A stretch of DNA of 64,000 nucleotides from Myxococcota bacterium (lineage in GTDB: Bacteria > Myxococcota > XYA12-FULL-58-9 > JABJBS01): contig JAYZAY010000067.1 of NCBI GenBank assembly GCA_036339465.1, forward strand, positions 32,001 through 96,000, read 5' to 3'. The number at the start of each line of letters is the position of its first letter. Position 1 is the stretch's first letter. The position numbers and the translations under genes were made by a program. Below the pieces are notes generated by a model. The model saw nothing but the letters and a program-made list of their open reading frames with translations, was not told the DNA's origin and did not search any database. This document shows positions 27,780 to 39,250 of this stretch, piece after piece.

Positions 27780-30044
27780 CTATCCCCAGCCAGTGGCACT
27801 CACAACTGTGTATGCTGCCATATTATAAATTTCCTCGGCAGTAGAGCCCCTTGAGAGCACATTGACAGGACGATTCATCCCCAAAAGTATTGGCCCGACA
27901 GCCTCCGCTCCTCCAATCCTCGCCATCAACTTGTAAGCCGCATTCGCTGACTCAAGAGACGGGAAAATCAAAACATTCGCATCACCCTGAATCTCGGAAA
28001 ACGGAAATTCCGTGGCGGCAATGTCGGGATCTACCGCAACCTCAACTTGCATCTCGCCATCAATGGCCAAATCCGGTGCCTTTGATTTCACAATTTCTAC
28101 CGCTTTTCGTACCTTCGTAGCCAAAGGGTGAGGATTTGAACCAAAGTTCCCAAATGAAATCATCGCAACTCTAGGTTCAACATCGAAACGCCGCACTTCC
28201 CTGGCCGTCAAAATCGCGATTTCTGCCAAAGTCTCTGCATCTGGCTCAATATTAACCGTGGTATCCGCGAAAAAGAGGGTTCGCTCCTTCTGCAGAATCA
28301 TATACATACCTGCGGTGATATTATTTTCAGGTCTCAGCCCAATAATCTTTAGAGCCGGACGAATTGTTTCAGGATAATTCATGGAAGCACCGGAAACCAA
28401 GCCATCCACTTTACCAAGCTTCAGCATCATCATCCCATAGGATACCGGGTTAAGCATTTCCTGCTCCGCCTTCCGGTAGGTCACTCCCTTGCGCTGCCTT
28501 AGTTTATAGTACTCCTCGACAAATTCGTGATAATGTTTGGAGGATTCTGGCTCCAGAATATCAATTCCCGCGAGATTGATTCCTCCCAATTCTGCTTTTT
28601 CTTCAATGACTTTAGGGAGCCCCAGTACGATGGGTTTACAAATTCCCGTCTGCACCAAATCCTGACAAGCTCTAAGCACTCTAATCTTATCGCCTTCGGG
28701 AAATACGATTTTCCTCGGATTCAACCGAGCCTTCGTGCTAATTTGCGACATCACTTCGTAACGGCGACCCAAAAACGAAGATAGATACTGACGATATTCA
28801 TCCAGATTTTCGATGGGTCGTTCTGCTGAACCTGATTTGGCGGCTGCTTCAGCAACCGCCGGAGCGACCCATAATAAAACCCGGGGGTCCACGGGTTTTG
28901 GAATAATATAGTCGCGACCAAACTTGATTTCAGCTTCACCATAAGCACTCCGAACAGAGTCGGGCACATCTTCTCGCGCCAGCAGGGCAATGGCCTTCGC
29001 CGCAGCCATTTCCATTTCCTCGGTGACGGTTGTCGCACCACAATCCAAGGCTCCGCGAAAGATGTAGGGAAAGCCCAAAACATTGTTGACCTGATTCGGA
29101 AAATCAGAGCGGCCTGTCGCTACAATGATATCATCGCGACTCGCTTTAGCTTCTTCATAGCCTATTTCTGGGGTGGGATTGGCCAGGGCGAACACAATGG
29201 GGTTATTCGCCATCGCCTGAACCATCTCAACTTGGACCACATTTCCCACCGAAAGACCTACAAAAATGTCTGCACCAACCATGGCCTCAGCCAAAGTTCG
29301 GTGCTTTGTCTCATTCGCGACTTCCTGGCAGGACTCATTTAAATCGGGGCGACCTTTATAAACCACACCACCGCTGTCACAAAAGATGATATGTTTTTGT
29401 TTCGCTCCGAAAGATGTAAGTAGACGACCACAAGCAATGGCCGCTGCCCCTGCACCAGAAAAGACAATTCGACATTCCTCTAATTTCTTGCCTGCAAGTT
29501 CGGTGGCATTGAGCAGTCCTGCACTGGTGATAATTGCTGTTCCATGCTGATCATCATGGAAAACGGGAATCTTCATCTGTTCCCGCAAACGTCGCTCAAT
29601 TTCAAAACACTCAGGAGCCTTAATATCTTCTAGGTTGATTCCGCCAAAGGTGGGCTCTAGGGCTTTCACTATTCTGACAAATTCGTCCGGATCTTGAGCA
29701 TCGATTTCAATATCAAAAACATCGATACCTGCAAATCGCTTAAATAAAACGGCCTTCCCTTCCATGACAGGCTTTCCTGCCAGGGGACCAATATTCCCTA
29801 AACCAAGAACAGCCGTGCCATTGGTCACGACCGCGACCAAGTTCGCTCGAGAGGTATAGAGCGCCGCCTTCTTCGGGTCCTTTTGGATCTCTAGACACGG
29901 TACTGCGACCCCAGGAGTATAGGCTAAAGATAAATCCCGTTGAGACATGCACGGTTTGGTCGGGACAACCTCGATTTTCCCCGCTGGTTGACGCTCGTGA
30001 TATTCAAGCGCCAAAAGTCTCCGTTCTTCCTCTATATCTATCAT
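27780..30044 (-). CDS. maeB: NADP-dependent malic enzyme with C-terminal PTA-like domain
   Basis: [40 protein letters not shown], then PTA-like IVFPEG..DGEMQ..GPILLG. Confidence 0.96.
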   Translation of the reverse strand: MIDIEEERRLLALEYHERQPAGKIEVVPTKPCMSQRDLSLAYTPGVAVPCLEIQKDPKKAALYTSRANLVAVVTNGTAVLGLGNIGPLAGKPVMEGKAVLFKRFAGIDVFDIEIDAQDPDEFVRIVKALEPTFGGINLEDIKAPECFEIERRLREQMKIPVFHDDQHGTAIITSAGLLNATELAGKKLEECRIVFSGAGAAAIACGRLLTSFGAKQKHIIFCDSGGVVYKGRPDLNESCQEVANETKHRTLAEAMVGADIFVGLSVGNVVQVEMVQAMANNPIVFALANPTPEIGYEEAKASRDDIIVATGRSDFPNQVNNVLGFPYIFRGALDCGATTVTEEMEMAAAKAIALLAREDVPDSVRSAYGEAEIKFGRDYIIPKPVDPRVLLWVAPAVAEAAAKSGSAERPIENLDEYRQYLSSFLGRRYEVMSQISTKARLNPRKIVFPEGDKIRVLRACQDLVQTGICKPIVLGLPKVIEEKAELGGINLAGIDILEPESSKHYHEFVEEYYKLRQRKGVTYRKAEQEMLNPVSYGMMMLKLGKVDGLVSGASMNYPETIRPALKIIGLRPENNITAGMYMILQKERTLFFADTTVNIEPDAETLAEIAILTAREVRRFDVEPRVAMISFGNFGSNPHPLATKVRKAVEIVKSKAPDLAIDGEMQVEVAVDPDIAATEFPFSEIQGDANVLIFPSLESANAAYKLMARIGGAEAVGPILLGMNRPVNVLSRGSTAEEIYNMAAYTVVSATGWG

Positions 30045-31495
30045 CCGCTTGCCCTCCTCAAAACCAATAGTTTCTCACGCGTTAGATCCTTCATTGCCTC
30101 TCCGACTCCCCCCAAAGAAAGGCCTGATTCCTCATGACCTCCAAAGGGCATCCAGTCGACCCGAAACGCGGAGTGGTCGTTCAAAAAGAGCGCCGAAACG
30201 TTGAGACCTTCTGTCAACATCAAACTCCTATCTAACGATTCAGAATAGAAACCTGCCTGAAAACAGCTCTTCGGGGCATTTACTGCCTCGATCAGTGCAT
30301 TGAAGTCTGAAAATCGATTGACGGCTAGAACCGGCCCAAAAATTTCCTCGCGCATCAACTTACAATCTTCAGGTACGTCCACAACCACAGTAGGGGCATA
30401 AGACTGGTGCTTTAAAGGTCGCCCCCCACATAAAATCCTCGCCCCTGCGGTATCTGCTTGTTCAACCCATGCTCGAACCCTCTCGACCGCCTCGGGACGA
30501 ATGAGCGGACCAACATCGGTAGCAATAGAAGTGGGATCACCAACAACCAGCTCGTTTACCCTGGCAACAAGTGCCTCGGTAAATTCTCTGAAAATATTCT
30601 CATGAACGTAAACCCGTTGCACACTCACGCAGACCTGCCCCGCATGATAAAAGGCGCCTTTCGTAATCCCCTCAATGGCCATAGAAAGGTAGGCCGAATC
30701 GTCGACAATGACAGGAGCAACACCACCGTGCTCTAAGACACAACGAACACCCGGTGCCAAGTGAGACCTTAATTTCCAACCAATTTTGCTGCTCCCAACA
30801 AAACTGAGCAGAGCAATTCGTGAATCTCGAGCCAAAAGCTCCGCGTCCTCATTGGAGCAAGGAATAGGAATCACAAAATTATCTGGCAAGCCCGACTCCG
30901 CCAACAGTGCCATCATCCGCATGCACGAGAGGGGAGTTGTTGGGGCAGGTTTCACCAAAACCGGGCAACCTGCTGCAATAGCGGGACAAACCTGGTGCGC
31001 AATCAAGTTGAGAGGGTGATTAAAAGCACTATAAGCCAAGACCACGCCAATCGGCTCACGAATAGTCATGGCCAATCGGTCTTCACTGCTCGCCGTAGCC
31101 CCCATGGGAACCGTACGTCCTCGAAGACGCTTCGCCTCCTCCGCAGCCAAAAGAGAGGTTTGAGCTGCTCTATCAACCTCGATCAAAGCATCCTTGTAGG
31201 GCTTACCCCCTTCGTCTGAAATACCATATGCCAATCCTTCCCGGTGCTCTTGAATCTTCGCCGCCAGGGTCGTCAAGACCCGTGCCCTCTCATGACAGGG
31301 CCAACGCTTCACCCGCTCAATATTCGCCTCAGCGAAATCAAGTGCCTGGTTAAGCTCGTCGCGGCCTAGGAATGCTACTTCTCCGATGGTTTGAGCACTG
31401 TAGGGAGATACAATCTCCCGCTTCGAACCCAGCTCTGGACCCTCCGGTCTGAAGCGAATACAAAACTTTGTTTTTACTTCAATCCCCATCTTCAA
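30041..31495 (-). CDS. Aldehyde dehydrogenase family protein (LEHGG variant)
   Basis: AFNHPLN, KPAPTTP, FVGS, LEHGG, GQVCVS (catalytic Cys), EEIFGP, MPFGG; stop overlaps the maeB ATG. Confidence 0.9.
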   Translation of the reverse strand: MKMGIEVKTKFCIRFRPEGPELGSKREIVSPYSAQTIGEVAFLGRDELNQALDFAEANIERVKRWPCHERARVLTTLAAKIQEHREGLAYGISDEGGKPYKDALIEVDRAAQTSLLAAEEAKRLRGRTVPMGATASSEDRLAMTIREPIGVVLAYSAFNHPLNLIAHQVCPAIAAGCPVLVKPAPTTPLSCMRMMALLAESGLPDNFVIPIPCSNEDAELLARDSRIALLSFVGSSKIGWKLRSHLAPGVRCVLEHGGVAPVIVDDSAYLSMAIEGITKGAFYHAGQVCVSVQRVYVHENIFREFTEALVARVNELVVGDPTSIATDVGPLIRPEAVERVRAWVEQADTAGARILCGGRPLKHQSYAPTVVVDVPEDCKLMREEIFGPVLAVNRFSDFNALIEAVNAPKSCFQAGFYSESLDRSLMLTEGLNVSALFLNDHSAFRVDWMPFGGHEESGLSLGGVGEAMKDLTREKLLVLRRASG

Positions 31496-31812
31496 AACCC
31501 TTCCAAGAAAAGCCTACAATGATGTTCGAGTGGAAGCGAGATTCTTGGCCATGCTCCCCTCCACATATTCAACAAAGTTCTTCGATGAGGGATGATTGCG
31601 AGCACCTTTTGACTTCTCTATGGGCCAACCGAGGCACTATCGGCGCTATTGGCCCAAAACAAAGCGCTCCTGAACCACACCGAAAACAATTCGAAATGTT
31701 CGGTACTTGACTGATGGGTAAGGATCTCGTAAACGCTCGCCGTAAGCCGATTATCTCCACCGCGCCGGGGATAACCATTTCAGAAAGAACAAAGTTGATT
31801 CAGGAGTTAAAA

Positions 31813-32082
31813 ATGGCGTTGGCTAAGGAAAAAAAAGAAGAACTGGTTGGTAAGTTTAAGAGAGCCGAGCAAGATACCGGTTCACCGGAAGTACAAGTTG
31901 CGCTCCTAACAGAGCGAATCACCACACTTACCCAACATTTCAAGACCCACCACAAAGACCACCACAGTCGGCAAGGCTTATTCGTGCTGGTTAGTAAGCG
32001 AAAGAAGTTGCTGGGATACTTGAAAAACAAGGATCATGGCCGCTATCGAAGTTTGATCAAAGAACTTGGTCTCAGAAAGTAA
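31813..32082 (+). CDS. rpsO: 30S ribosomal protein S15
   Basis: [38 protein letters not shown] before ATG 31813; 89 aa. Confidence 0.97.
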   Translation: MALAKEKKEELVGKFKRAEQDTGSPEVQVALLTERITTLTQHFKTHHKDHHSRQGLFVLVSKRKKLLGYLKNKDHGRYRSLIKELGLRK

Positions 32083-32116
32083 ATCATTCCGGATCGCCGA
32101 ATAGCTCGACCCAATA

Positions 32117-32178
32117 AAACCGACCTCTTGGAGTTGTTATTTTGTTTCAAGTGAATCCGGGTCGGGTTTGTTTTTTAT
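32117..32178 (+). terminator. Long stem-loop plus U-tract in the rpsO-pnp spacer (terminator and/or processing stem)
   Basis: AAACCGACC (32117-32125) pairs imperfectly with GGTCGGGTTT (32160-32169), with an inner CTTGGA/TTCAAG stem, followed by GTTTTTTAT. Confidence 0.5.
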
Positions 32179-32250
32179 GTCTTCTCTCTTCATTTCCAGA
32201 TAGAAATCGGTCAAGCACACGAGTGAAAAGAACAAATTAGTGAGGAAAAT

Positions 32251-34377
32251 ATGAATATTGTTGAAAAATCTATAGATATTGGGGGAGCAACACTCACCCT
32301 ACAAACAGGTAAAATAGCGAAACAAGCCTCAGGAGCCATCCTTATTTCAGCTGGAGGCACCAGCGTTTTGGTCACAGCCCAAGGCGCCAAAGAAAAGAAA
32401 GAGGGAATTGACTTCCTACCACTCACCGTAGACTACCAAGAAAAAATGTCCGCCGCAGGACGAATCCCGGGTGGTTTCTTCAAACGAGAGGGTCGGTTAC
32501 GGGAAAGCGAAACTTTGATTTCTCGAATTATCGACCGATCTATCCGACCACTCTTCGCCGAGGGCTGGGGTGCGGAGACTCAGGTTATCGCCACTGTATT
32601 CTCAGCTGATCCAGAACATCCAGCAGATACGCTGGCCATGACCGGAGCTTCAACCGCTCTGACCATCTCCGACATGCCATTTCTAGGCCCTATCGCCGGT
32701 ATTCGAGTATGTCGCGTTGACGGAGAATTCTTGGTCAACCCGAGCTACGCTCTCCAAGGTGAAGCAGACCTCAATCTCTTTATCGCTTCCAGTAAAGAAG
32801 CAATTATCATGGTCGAAGGTGGTGCAGATCAAGTCTCTGAAGAGGTCATGATCGATGCTCTACTCTTTGCCCATGAGCAAGCTCAGCCGCTGATTGAATT
32901 ACAATTAGAAATGCAAAAGGAAGCGGGACTCACCAAGCGGGAAGTGTCCCCCGACAAAGTCGATGAAGAACTGGCAAAACGAGTGGAAGCGCTCTGCATG
33001 AGCGGAATCCAAGCCGCTTACGATATCAAGGAAAAACTTCCTCGCTATGCTGCTCTCGATGACGTGAAGAAAAATCTCAAGAAGGCGCTTATAACTGAGG
33101 CTCCTGAGCTAGCAGATCGCTCCGGAGAGATTTCAGCTATCTTCGGTGACCTCAAGTACAAATACGTTCGTCAACGTATCGTTAAGGACAATTATCGAAT
33201 CGATGGTCGAGGTCCCGCCGATATTCGTGGTATTACCACGGAAACCGGTGTTCTCGAGAGAACACACGGTTCGTCTCTATTCACCCGCGGCGAAACCCAG
33301 GCGATTGTTACGACAACCTTGGGAACCCGGCAGGATGAGCAGCGAATTGATGGACTCCGCGGCGATACGTTCGAAAATTTCATGCTCCACTATAACTTCC
33401 CCCCCTACAGTGTCGGTGAAACTCGTTTTCTCCGCGGACCCGGGCGGCGGGAAATTGGACATGGCTCATTGGCCCATAGAGCCCTCAAGCCATTGGTCCA
33501 GTTCGGGGAAGACTTCCCATACACAATTCGAATCGTGAGCGACATTACTGAATCCAACGGAAGTTCATCCATGGCAACGGTGTGTGGTGGCTCTATGGCA
33601 TTGATGGATGCCGGTGTTCCAATGCAAGCATCCTGCGCTGGTATTGCCATGGGTCTGATTCAAGAAGGGGATGATATGGTCATCCTCTCCGACATCCTCG
33701 GTGACGAAGACCATCTCGGTGATATGGATTTCAAAGTGGCTGGCAGTGAGAAGGGTATTACCGCCATTCAGATGGATATCAAAATCACTGGGGTTACTCG
33801 TGAAGTTCTCGAAACCGCATTGTCGCAAGCCCGAGATGGTCGTCTACATATCCTCAAGGAAATGTCGAAGACTCTAGGTGAAACACGAGACGATCTCTCT
33901 GCATTTGCGCCTCGAATCACAACCTTAAGAATTAGCACCGACCGCATCCGAGACGTCATTGGACCTGGCGGTAAAGTGATCAAAGACATCATTGCACGAA
34001 CCGGCTGCCAGGTTGAGGTTCTTGATGATGGAACGGTCAACGTCGCAAGTTCAGACGGGGAATCCGGTGGTAGAGCCATCCAAATGATAAAAGACCTGAC
34101 CCGCGAGGCAGAAATAGGAAAAACCTACCTAGGCACCGTGCGCAAAGTTGCTGACTTTGGCGCTTTTGTTGAGATTTTCCCTGGGACCGAAGGACTTTGT
34201 CACATTTCCGAATTGGCAGATCGACACATCAAAAATGTTGAAGATGTCGTGCAAGAGGGAGATGAAGTGGTGGTTAAATGCATCGGTCTAGATAAGGGGC
34301 GGATTCGTTTATCTCGTAAAGAGGCCCAAGCTGACGAAAAGAAAGCCCAAGCCGCAAAAGAAGCCGAAGCAGAATAA
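32251..34377 (+). CDS. pnp: Polyribonucleotide nucleotidyltransferase (PNPase)
   Basis: [38 protein letters not shown] and S1 domains. Confidence 0.98.
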   Translation: MNIVEKSIDIGGATLTLQTGKIAKQASGAILISAGGTSVLVTAQGAKEKKEGIDFLPLTVDYQEKMSAAGRIPGGFFKREGRLRESETLISRIIDRSIRPLFAEGWGAETQVIATVFSADPEHPADTLAMTGASTALTISDMPFLGPIAGIRVCRVDGEFLVNPSYALQGEADLNLFIASSKEAIIMVEGGADQVSEEVMIDALLFAHEQAQPLIELQLEMQKEAGLTKREVSPDKVDEELAKRVEALCMSGIQAAYDIKEKLPRYAALDDVKKNLKKALITEAPELADRSGEISAIFGDLKYKYVRQRIVKDNYRIDGRGPADIRGITTETGVLERTHGSSLFTRGETQAIVTTTLGTRQDEQRIDGLRGDTFENFMLHYNFPPYSVGETRFLRGPGRREIGHGSLAHRALKPLVQFGEDFPYTIRIVSDITESNGSSSMATVCGGSMALMDAGVPMQASCAGIAMGLIQEGDDMVILSDILGDEDHLGDMDFKVAGSEKGITAIQMDIKITGVTREVLETALSQARDGRLHILKEMSKTLGETRDDLSAFAPRITTLRISTDRIRDVIGPGGKVIKDIIARTGCQVEVLDDGTVNVASSDGESGGRAIQMIKDLTREAEIGKTYLGTVRKVADFGAFVEIFPGTEGLCHISELADRHIKNVEDVVQEGDEVVVKCIGLDKGRIRLSRKEAQADEKKAQAAKEAEAE

Positions 34378-34401
34378 AAATCCAGCTACGAAAAATTCTA
34401 A

Positions 34402-34436
34402 GTTCCCCTGGTCGCCACCAAGCGCTCTAGGGGAAC
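34402..34436 (+). terminator. Hairpin downstream of pnp
   Basis: GTTCCCCTGG..CTAGGGGAAC 10-bp stem (one G-U pair); no U-tract. Confidence 0.4.
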
Positions 34437-34457
34437 ACCTACCCCCATATCCAATAC

Positions 34458-35840
34458 ATGAAGAAATCGACCATCGACCGTCAGCTCGCCAATGAGGTGC
34501 TTCTGCGGCAAATACGGGACAAAGCATACCCAGAACATGTTCTCCAAGGACTTTTTCGTAAAGCAAGTTATCCTGGTGAAATTAAGGCTCGAGCAACCTC
34601 TTTAGTGTTCGGAATTCTAAGAGAGCAAGGCTATGTGGATTTCATCCTCAAGCACTTCATCCATCGTAATTTCAAAAAACTTGAACACCAAGTATTGGTA
34701 TCACTTAGGCTGGGAACCTATGAACTGGTTATTAATGAGAGCCACAGCCATTCTTCTGTTGATCAAGCAGTATCCTTACTGCACCCCAAGCAGAGAAAAC
34801 AAAGAGGCCTCGTCAATGCCGTTTTACGCAAGGTCGCTCAAGCTCAAAATAAGAATGAACTACCAAGCCCTTCTAGAGACAATCTCGAACCTTCCGAATA
34901 TCGCGAAAATCGTTGGTCGCTACCGCGGTGGGTTCAGACCAAAATAAGTCCACTCCTAAGTGATGAAGAACTTGACCGATGGGCACAGTTCCAATTGACG
35001 ATTCCCAAACCCGTCCTGAGAATCAACACAAATAAAACCACTGAAGAAACAATGATGAAACACTGGGAGCAGGCGGAGATTGCCCTAAAGCCCCATGCCT
35101 GTATCCCCAACGCTTTTAATCTTGTTTCCGGTGGCTTCATCCAAGAATTGCCGGGATACCATAACGGCCTATGGGCAATTCAGGACCCAGCAGCTCAATT
35201 GGTAAGCCTGATGGCCCCCCTAGAGGAAGTAAAATTTGCACTCGATATGTGCGCGGCTCCAGGCGGAAAAACCTGCCATCTTGCTGAGCTTCTCAAGCCT
35301 GAATCGAAAGTCTTGGCGCTCGACATCCACGAAAACAAACTTGGACTCATCCAGAAAAATGTAGAGCGATTGTCTCTCAGCAATATCCTCGTCGAATCCG
35401 TAGATTCACGAGAATACGACGAGGTTTCACAGCGCCTAAAAAAGCATCATTTTCCCAGTCAAGTTGATCTCATTGTCCTGGATGCACCTTGCTCGGGACT
35501 GGGTACTCTGAGGCGCAACCCCGACATAAAATGGAAACATCCCCCCCAAGGACTACCGACATTACAACGGGAACTTCTTTCTAGCGCCCATCACCTACTG
35601 CGACCTGGGGGCCACCTAATCTATGCTGTCTGCACGCCCGCGCTGGAAGAGACCGATGAGGTGGTGGGTCATTTTCTAGAAGAGTTCAAAAATTATCGAA
35701 TTATCAAGCCACAAACAACGTTGCTGCGTCCATTCGTAGAAAGCTCCTCACGGTTAAATCAGCAACCGGTTGTGCGAACTTGGAGCCACCGCGATCATTG
35801 TGACTCGTTCTTCGCTGTGCTGCTCCAAAAGCTGCCATAA
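34458..35840 (+). CDS. rsmB: 16S rRNA m5C967 methyltransferase RsmB/Sun
   Basis: NusB-like N-terminus; IQDPAAQL, DMCAAPGGKT, LDAPCSGLGTLRRNPDIKW. Confidence 0.9.
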   Translation: MKKSTIDRQLANEVLLRQIRDKAYPEHVLQGLFRKASYPGEIKARATSLVFGILREQGYVDFILKHFIHRNFKKLEHQVLVSLRLGTYELVINESHSHSSVDQAVSLLHPKQRKQRGLVNAVLRKVAQAQNKNELPSPSRDNLEPSEYRENRWSLPRWVQTKISPLLSDEELDRWAQFQLTIPKPVLRINTNKTTEETMMKHWEQAEIALKPHACIPNAFNLVSGGFIQELPGYHNGLWAIQDPAAQLVSLMAPLEEVKFALDMCAAPGGKTCHLAELLKPESKVLALDIHENKLGLIQKNVERLSLSNILVESVDSREYDEVSQRLKKHHFPSQVDLIVLDAPCSGLGTLRRNPDIKWKHPPQGLPTLQRELLSSAHHLLRPGGHLIYAVCTPALEETDEVVGHFLEEFKNYRIIKPQTTLLRPFVESSSRLNQQPVVRTWSHRDHCDSFFAVLLQKLP

Positions 35841-35899
35841 TTTTGCGCACACTTCCCCTCCCGGTTACAAATCAATATTGAGCGACCTTAGGTGAGAAT

Positions 35900-37369
35900 T
35901 TGAAAGAGAAAACAACATTAGGCATAGCGGGTGTGATTGTCACCCTTCTCGTTTTTCTCTGCTCTGGCCGCCAAGCAGAGGCTTGGACAGTCGTTCACAA
36001 CGCTGATGAAATCCTTCTCCCTCCTGCTCACGGGGCCAGGGTCTCATTAGAAACGCTTCGACTCAATGAACTCCTAAGACAACAAAAAGAAATCCCTCAG
36101 ACGAAGCATTGGGTTCAGGCTCTTCGGACCGAGCGATATCAGAAAAGAAGTCGAGTTCATGGGGCGCTCAACAGAGCCAAGATCAACACTGAAAGCCTGC
36201 GCCATAGCCGACTATTGGACGAAACGTCCTTCGACAAGAATCTAGACAGCCTCCGAAAATACGATATCCCCATGACAAAGCACCCATGGGTCCAAAACTT
36301 CATTCGATACTTTACCGGTCCGGCGCGTAAGCATTTTCAGATTTGGTTAAATCGCTTAGCCGTTTACGCTCCAATTATGCAACCCATACTCCAAAAGCAT
36401 GGATTACCAAAAGACACCATCTACCTCGCAATGATTGAAAGTGGATTAAGCTCCAGGGCCACATCCAGAGTTGGCGCGGGCGGTTTCTGGCAGTTCATGC
36501 CCTCAACCGGAAAAGAGTTCGGCCTAAAAAGAGACAAATGGCGTGATCAACGAAGAGATTTTCTGCGCTCCACTGAAGCATCGTCGAAATTCCTGAAAAA
36601 ATTAAAAAGAGATTTTGGTGAATGGTATCTCGCGTGGGCCGCTTATAATGCAGGGCCTGGTAGAGTTAGAAGAGCCCTGAAACGAACCAAAACCAAGACA
36701 TTCTGGAAACTGGCGGAACACCCCAAAGGACTGCCGCGAGAAACTCGTCACTATGTTCCGAAACTCCTTGCGGCTGCCATGATTGCCAAAGACCCAACGA
36801 AATATGGATTCAAGGTCAATCCACTCCCACCATTACCTAAATATGAAACATTCGAAACCCATTATAGTATTGGCCTCACAGACATGGCCCGCTGGACAGG
36901 CTACTCCCACCAAACTCTGAAACGCCTCAACCCCGAACTCAAGACAGATCAAACGCCACCCTATCGGTATAAATTAAGACTCCCACTTAACTCAAAGCAT
37001 CTGGCGAGCGCGGGTCTAGAGAAATGGGAAGCCCTACGAATCGGTAATTACCGGGTAAAACGGGGAGATTCTTTATTTAAAATTGCACGAAAATTTAAGA
37101 CCACAATATCGGAACTTCGAGAATTAAACCCTCGTCTGCCGAAGAAACTGCTACACGTATCGACCTCTCTCAGAGTCCCAAATTACCATATCACTAAAAA
37201 CCGCGTTACGAAGTCTAAGGCTAATCGAATCAAATTTTACAACGTACGAAGCGGAGATACCTTCTGGTCAATTGCCAAACGTTTCGCCACCACAGTTAGA
37301 AGCCTCAAGGAACTAAACCGACGAAAATCCAGCAGCCTCCGGATCGGCGAACAGCTTCGACTCTTCTAG
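35900..37369 (+). CDS. mltD: Lytic murein transglycosylase MltD-like (SLT + LysM repeats)
   Basis: YLAMIESG, AGGFWQFMPSTG, LAWAAYNAGPG, ETRHYVPK; C-terminal LysM repeats (YRVKRGDSL, YNVRSGDTFW). Confidence 0.85.
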   Translation: MKEKTTLGIAGVIVTLLVFLCSGRQAEAWTVVHNADEILLPPAHGARVSLETLRLNELLRQQKEIPQTKHWVQALRTERYQKRSRVHGALNRAKINTESLRHSRLLDETSFDKNLDSLRKYDIPMTKHPWVQNFIRYFTGPARKHFQIWLNRLAVYAPIMQPILQKHGLPKDTIYLAMIESGLSSRATSRVGAGGFWQFMPSTGKEFGLKRDKWRDQRRDFLRSTEASSKFLKKLKRDFGEWYLAWAAYNAGPGRVRRALKRTKTKTFWKLAEHPKGLPRETRHYVPKLLAAAMIAKDPTKYGFKVNPLPPLPKYETFETHYSIGLTDMARWTGYSHQTLKRLNPELKTDQTPPYRYKLRLPLNSKHLASAGLEKWEALRIGNYRVKRGDSLFKIARKFKTTISELRELNPRLPKKLLHVSTSLRVPNYHITKNRVTKSKANRIKFYNVRSGDTFWSIAKRFATTVRSLKELNRRKSSSLRIGEQLRLF

Positions 37370-37478
37370 CAAAAACGATTGCACATCTTACCACAAGCCG
37401 TTAACTCTATGCTCCCAATGTTTTCCACTGCCAAATGTGAAACGAATATTGGAATGTACCGAGTCTAAGGAGCATAGC

Positions 37479-39188
37479 ATGGCATCACCGGTTTTCCCTG
37501 AACCGCCCGAATCCGTCCCCCCTACGCCCATCGATAAGGTGGAAATGATTGTTCAAGATATGGCCCCTCAAAAAACCGTTTGGGTTCATCTCTCGGTTGG
37601 CGAGCGGATCCGGCTCCTAGAGCAATGTATTGAGAATACCCGACAAGTGGCCAAGGAATGGGTGGAGGCTGTATGCGATGCCAAAGGACTGGCCCAAGGG
37701 GATGCAATTACAGGAGAGGCCTGGTTTTCTGGCCCCGTAACGACAATCCGAAACATGCGGCTACTGATTGATACCCTGAAGCACAACGGCCAACCACAAG
37801 CGCCGGGTTCTTGGTTCCGTCCAAATGGCCAACATGTAGCACAGGTATTTCCCTACGAAGTTTATGATAAGATACTCTTCAGCGGTATCACTGCTGAAGT
37901 ATGGCTTAAACCGGGGCATCCAAGTACCCAGGGAAAAATATACAGAGAAAAACTTCAAGGTATCTTCGGAGAGGGTGGGCTGAGTCTCGTTTTAGGAGCA
38001 GGAAATATAACGTCCATTGGCCCCATGGATGCCTTGCATAAACTGTACGTAGAAGACAAAATTGTTATTCTCAAAACAAATCCGGTTAACGCTTATGTTG
38101 GCGAAATAATAGAACGAGCATTCGCCCCTCTGGTAGCACGGAAGTTTTTCGCTGTGGTTCACGGCGGAGCTGATGTTGGGCAATATCTTTGCCGTCACAA
38201 AGAGATATCAAGTATCCATGTCACCGGTTCCGATAAAACCCATGATGCCATCGTTTGGGGCCCTGACGACAAAAAACAACAGGAGCGCAAGCAAAAGAAA
38301 AAACCGGTTCTCGATAAACCAATTACCTCTGAATTAGGCTGCGTGACTCCCGTATTTGTCGTTCCGGGACCTTGGACCCAAAAGGAACTTCACTACCAAG
38401 CCCAGCACGTGGTCTCCATGGTAACGCACAATGCGTCATTCAATTGCAATGCCGCAAAGATCCTAGTCACAGCTTCTGGGTGGGAACTACGGGATTCATT
38501 TCTTCACTTAGTGCAGGAGTATCTCGCGGACGCGCCTGCCCGTAAAGCATATTACCCTGGAGCACAAGACCGCTTCGAAGGATTCCTCAAAGCGTATCCA
38601 GAGGCTCGGAAGCTCGGAAAAGAATATGAACATGTCGTTCCTTGGACATTCATCCCCGACGTCTCACCCAGGAAAGGTGAGTACGCACTCACCAATGAGG
38701 CGTTCTGTGGAGTGGTTGCACAAATGGACATTGATGCGACGTCCGCCGATGACTTCCTCGAAAAAGCAACCCAATTCGCAAATGAAGGCATTTGGGGAAC
38801 GCTATCCTGCTCCATGCTAATCCACCCAGAAACAGAAAAACGTTATCCCCACGCCTTCGACCAGGCAGTTTCCCATCTAAAATACGGTGGCATCGGGATC
38901 AATGTGTGGCCCGGTCTGATTTATGGCTTGGTCGTAACAACCTGGGGCGCCTATCCTTGCCATTCACTCGACGACGTCGGTTCCGGCATCGGTGTCGTTC
39001 ACAACTCGTTTCTCTTTGACCACCCTGAAAAATCAGTTGTTCGAGCACCCTTTCAGATTAAACCCAAACCGGTATGGTTCTATAACCACCGGACCTTGTC
39101 TCATGTTGCAGAGGCAATGATGCATTTCGAAAGCGCCCCTTCTCCAATAAAACTACCAAAAATTATTATTCCTGCACTGGCTGGTTAA
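37479..39188 (+). CDS. Aldehyde dehydrogenase family protein (atypical)
   Basis: LGAGN, LKTNPVN, HVTGS, TSELGCVTP, HNASFNC, NEAFC; RBS AAGGAG before ATG 37479. Confidence 0.8.
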   Translation: MASPVFPEPPESVPPTPIDKVEMIVQDMAPQKTVWVHLSVGERIRLLEQCIENTRQVAKEWVEAVCDAKGLAQGDAITGEAWFSGPVTTIRNMRLLIDTLKHNGQPQAPGSWFRPNGQHVAQVFPYEVYDKILFSGITAEVWLKPGHPSTQGKIYREKLQGIFGEGGLSLVLGAGNITSIGPMDALHKLYVEDKIVILKTNPVNAYVGEIIERAFAPLVARKFFAVVHGGADVGQYLCRHKEISSIHVTGSDKTHDAIVWGPDDKKQQERKQKKKPVLDKPITSELGCVTPVFVVPGPWTQKELHYQAQHVVSMVTHNASFNCNAAKILVTASGWELRDSFLHLVQEYLADAPARKAYYPGAQDRFEGFLKAYPEARKLGKEYEHVVPWTFIPDVSPRKGEYALTNEAFCGVVAQMDIDATSADDFLEKATQFANEGIWGTLSCSMLIHPETEKRYPHAFDQAVSHLKYGGIGINVWPGLIYGLVVTTWGAYPCHSLDDVGSGIGVVHNSFLFDHPEKSVVRAPFQIKPKPVWFYNHRTLSHVAEAMMHFESAPSPIKLPKIIIPALAG

Positions 39189-39199
39189 TTGGCCATGAG

Positions 39200-39223
39200 G
39201 CATCAGGGCATCAGGGCATTAGG
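39200..39223. repeat. 8-bp tandem repeat x3 (GCATYAGG)
   Basis: GCATCAGG GCATCAGG GCATTAGG between convergent genes. Confidence 0.7.
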
Positions 39224-39250
39224 GAAAAGAGAAATTAGAATAATGTCTAA

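Noticed and set aside
31500..31710. Possible truB remnant upstream of rpsO
   Set aside because: The position is suggestive, but no convincing TruB motif could be read in any frame.
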